A DNA stretch of 63,733 bases, the filler included, from Calcarisporiella thermophila CBS 279.70 (Eukaryota; Fungi; Calcarisporiellomycota): assembly GCF_041956535.1 (NCBI RefSeq). It is 7 parts of 7 records of this genome, joined end to end, with 100 filler letters (N's around TTAATTAATTAA, not from the genome) between each part and the next. Parts side by side here need not be neighbours in the genome. Positions count along the whole stretch, not along the records: positions 58,493 to 61,438 come from NW_027192269.1; positions 61,539 to 63,733 come from NW_027192295.1; 5 more parts are not named here. One strand, 5' to 3'. This document shows, in pieces, positions 60,199 to 63,733 of this stretch. A program made the translations under genes and the position numbers. The first letter of the stretch is position 1; the number at the start of each line of letters is the position of its first letter. The notes beneath the pieces are model-generated. The model worked only from the letters and a program-made list of their open reading frames with translations, was not told the DNA's origin and searched no databases.

Positions 60199-61392
60199 AT
60201 GGCCCATTTCCACCCACGCCATAAAAGTGTCCCTCTTCTCATCAACGAGATGGAGGAGTCCGCCCTCACCACCTTCACCTCACGGCCCCCGTCATTCTCC
60301 ACCTCCGAGCTCTCGTTCAAGGCCGCGGCTCCTGCGACGCCTCCCCATCCACACACACATACTCATGCCCAACACCTAGTCGAAGCAGGCTGGCTCCGTT
60401 CGATCCCTGGCCACCTCCCCCATTACGGCGCCGAGGGTGAGGCCTACCGCGGGCTTGGGTTTGGATCCGTCTTGGGGGGCGAGGGGATGGGATTTCAGGC
60501 GCCTCCCGAGCTCTGTGACGACGACGAGGAGGAGGACGAGGAAGAAGAAACAGACGACGAAGAGGAGGAGGACGAGGAGGGAAAGGTGGCGGGGAGAGAG
60601 GCGGATGGCCGCGCCGCAGAGGCTGAGCCGCGCGGGCTGAAGATATTCGACGTGAACGTGGTCAGCTGTTTCTCCACCCTCCCCCCCTCTTCCCGGCCCG
60701 ACTCTTTGCCGCTGCCTTCACGGCCAACTCGTCCCACCGCAGACTCGTCGCGCTCGCCGTCCCCCCCCTCCCCCCTCCCCCCTTCCTCTCCTCACTCTTC
60801 CCACACCGAGGAAGCGCAGGTGGAAGAGAATCTGGATCTCCAAAAACGCCCCGTCCCCCCGGTAGTGCGTAGGTCATCGCTCCTCTCTGAGCTGCTGGTT
60901 GCCGAATCTTACTGCCGCGAGCTCAAGTTCCTAACCCATCGTCCGCACAACCCGCTCCCCCATACTTCTCCGGCTGCGCCGCATAAGCATCTGACCACTC
61001 CACTCTCCGCCTCGGTTGCCACCTCGAGCATCATGTCTTACGTCGACGCCGAACTTCTGGAGGACATGCTCTCTCAAAATGCGGGGGAGGAACCTCTCAA
61101 GGGCTACTGGGAATATGGAGCGAGTAAAGACGATACAAGGATTAGGTGGACACCGGGCCAGGAGGCCAATGGGAGGCGGATCCTGCGCGAGCGCTTCTGC
61201 GAGACAGGAGTTGAGATAACGCAAAGCGCCAAGAGTGGCGAAGAAAAAGAGACAAGACACAACAACTACGTTGTTGACGCCAGTGTTGAGGATGACGAAG
61301 GCGACGATGTCATGTCAGCAGTGCAATCGGAGCTGGGTGTCCAACCTTGCTTACATCGAGCGATCAACAAGGCGCACTGGAAGGTAAATTGA
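60199..61392 (+). CDS. Hypothetical low-complexity protein (poly-E/D tract, Pro/Ser-rich region), 397 aa
   Basis: Long open frame, GC-rich codons, RRSSLLSELL motif; 3' end may be spliced (AAG-GTAAAT) into the gap. Confidence 0.6.
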   Translation: MAHFHPRHKSVPLLINEMEESALTTFTSRPPSFSTSELSFKAAAPATPPHPHTHTHAQHLVEAGWLRSIPGHLPHYGAEGEAYRGLGFGSVLGGEGMGFQAPPELCDDDEEEDEEEETDDEEEEDEEGKVAGREADGRAAEAEPRGLKIFDVNVVSCFSTLPPSSRPDSLPLPSRPTRPTADSSRSPSPPSPLPPSSPHSSHTEEAQVEENLDLQKRPVPPVVRRSSLLSELLVAESYCRELKFLTHRPHNPLPHTSPAAPHKHLTTPLSASVATSSIMSYVDAELLEDMLSQNAGEEPLKGYWEYGASKDDTRIRWTPGQEANGRRILRERFCETGVEITQSAKSGEEKETRHNNYVVDASVEDDEGDDVMSAVQSELGVQPCLHRAINKAHWKVN

Positions 61393-61438
61393 ATTCCTCT
61401 CGTTGAATCTTCACTCCACCCCTTCAGAGCAGATCACT

Positions 61439-61538
61439 NNNNNNNNNNNNNNNNNNNNNNNNNNNNNNNNNNNNNNNNNNNNTTAATTAATTAANNNNNN
61501 NNNNNNNNNNNNNNNNNNNNNNNNNNNNNNNNNNNNNN
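61439..61538. other. Artificial assembly linker
   Basis: N44-TTAATTAATTAA-N44. Confidence 0.97.
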
Positions 61539-61953
61539 TTCGGGGAGTGAGGTGGCGGTCTTTAATGTAGGCCGGTTCACCCGACGACATCACATGACGA
61601 AGGATAAGATTATATAGTGCTATGTTATTGATCTTTTGTTGTTTCTTTGTGATCATTTGTTTTGGAAAGATGCATTTTTAGTTTATCCTTGGGAACATCT
61701 ATTTTGAGTCATTTTTTTTCCTATCTTTATTTAAATCCATCCATTTTGTCTTGTTGTTCCTCACCAATCTCTTATTTTTCTCTTTTAAGGTGAGGATACA
61801 CTGGTTATATTATTTTATTAGTATTATTATTAAAACCAATCTCTTATTTTTCTCTTTTAAGTCCGTATCTCTCCACAAGTCTCCAACCGCCCGTAACACA
61901 ATGTTACGAAAAAATTGTTTTTTGGTACGGGCAAGTCGCCTTGACAGTCACGA

Positions 61954-62700
61954 GTGACTCGAGAGTTAAGTAAATGTTTTATTGCAGGGATTGAGACCAC
62001 CGCTTACACCACCAAAACTGGGAGACTATACAAGCAGGATGCGCCAACCATAATCACCGAGGAATGGAAGGACGTCACCAATGACGATGACAGATGGATG
62101 AAGGCATGGGCCAGGTGGAAAAGTCGCCCGTCAGAACCCAAGCACAGAACCCTTCGCTGGAGACTTATGAAGCATAAAATAGTTACCGGAATCATCACTA
62201 GCAAATGGACTGGAGATCCTAACACTTGCAAAAGGTGTTCCCTAGGGATACCTGAAACAATTGCCCATGCCTTTCTAGACCGCCTAGCTATCGCGCAACT
62301 CCGGCAAAGAGTTGATGAGATAAACTGCCGAATATTTGGAATACCGCCACACGAATCCACGAGAGAAGGCAGACTGTTTGGACAAGACAAACAAATAAGT
62401 CAACGCTTCAACGAAGTGGTTGCTCTGAGCCACGACATAGCCCTGTGGATAATATACCGCTCGAGACTTGAATTAGTGCTGGGCGATGTCCAACCCAATC
62501 CGGAGCCATAACCAAACAATTTGACCACGAACTACAACGAGGAATAAAGTCCAAGTGGTGGATGGCAATGAAACAGGAACGGAAAAGAGACTTCATCGAT
62601 AAATGGTCAAGGGGAAACTGGGTGAACATCATAGATGATTCTGTTATTTTCATCCAGGACACCTCTGAAGATCAAATCCCAGCCCCAACTCGGGCTTGAG
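61954..62700 (+). mobile_element. LINE ORF2 3' fragment with zf-RVT
   Basis: WMKAWARWKSRPSEPKHRTLRWRLMKHK...CKRCSLGIPETIAHAFLD; related to the 43.5 and 51.5 kb copies. Confidence 0.8.
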
Positions 62701-63485
62701 AACTGCACCCAACCCTTCACTGCTGTATATTAATACCATCTCCTCTATCGTTTTTTTCCTTACTTTTTCTTTTTCTTTTTCCTTTTTTCTCCTTTCCTCT
62801 TCCTTTACCTTTTCAATCCTTCACTTCTTTTTGTTATTTCATGTACATAAGCAGCCTATCTTAATACCATTGCACACAACTTTTATCCCCCCGTCTTACA
62901 GTTATTCCTATCCCCTTCTTTATTAAGCTAATTGCTGTTTCCATACTTTCCTAGCTCTTTCCTCGTCACCTTTTCTCTCTTCCTCTTACACTTAAAATCC
63001 TTTTCTTCCTTTCTTTCTTTTTCCGTCTATCCTCCAAATTCTGCAAGGTAGGCCAGGAGCATTACCTGGGTGATTTTGACGTAGAAGCGACCCTACCTTT
63101 TTAACAGGATAGGACACTTTTCAATAAAGGTCCTTTGTTAAAAAAAAGAGAGTATAGCACGAGTGTAGCGTAAGGAGAAGGTGCAATATTCACGAGTATC
63201 ACGACGAAAATAACGTGATAGCACGACATGTATAACAAGGGTTTCGTTATTTCTCTTACTTTTATGTATAACTCTTCTTGACTTATTTAAACCCTTCGGT
63301 TTGTTTTAATGTTCTATACCAATTCTCTGAACTATAAAGATAAATTTTCTTGTTTATCAAGATCCGGACACCCCTCCACACAAAACTCCTTTCGCCTGCA
63401 ATATCAACGTTACGAGAAAATTTTTTTTTCTTTACGAGTAAGACACTTTGACAATCACTAGGTATTCGAGAGCGAATTACGCCGT

Positions 63486-63733
63486 ACTTGGATAGCACAG
63501 TGGTTAAGGGCCCCGGAGTTTAACCATTGTGTATTGGGTTCGATTCCCGGTGATGGCACCCGTCCATGAGAGTTTGCCTGGTTTTGCTCAGGTCTCAATC
63601 ACTATCAATAGTATAGCAACAAGCAGGTAATATCAAGCGACTACAAAATTAGGTAGCAAAAATCCTTAGGAGAAATCCAACTACAAAATGGGAGCCAGGG
63701 GCAGTACCTGAGTGATTTTGACGTAGAAGTCTA
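63486..63733 (+). repeat. tRNA-headed SINE-like repeat, same family as 43.9-45.0 kb
   Basis: A-box TAGCACAGTGG, B-box GGTTCGATTCC, GATGGCA 3' end; body similar to 43929-44130. Confidence 0.7.

Overview
Eukaryotic fungal DNA, most likely from a non-Dikarya lineage (inference from AT-rich, intron-dense housekeeping genes, DIRS and LINE relics and a beta/gamma-crystallin-like secreted protein). It is assembled from 7 pieces joined by artificial 100-nt linkers (N44-TTAATTAATTAA-N44). The main feature is a triterpenoid biosynthetic gene cluster at 25.8-39.9 kb. It has six intronless, GC-richer genes: an oxidosqualene cyclase carrying the protostadienol-synthase signature F-APPGGMR, three paralogous P450s, an SDR and an HxxxD acyltransferase. 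This matches the six-gene core shared by fusidane antibiotic clusters (helvolic acid, fusidic acid, cephalosporin P1), which I know only from filamentous ascomycetes. Next to it are a host-type SDR (41-42 kb) and, across a gap, a block with an N-terminally short HMG-CoA reductase, IPP isomerase, a bacterial-like SAM methyltransferase and an unrelated P450 (15-23.5 kb). A separate head-to-head pair of lysine 2,3-aminomutase and amidinotransferase (1.8-5.5 kb) suggests a second small pathway. The rest is housekeeping genes (NDH-2, Mpv17/SYM1, SLS1-like, RER1) and transposon debris (DIRS, LINE, tRNA-derived SINEs, CACTA-like). Family assignments come from motifs and recalled sequences, not from database searches.
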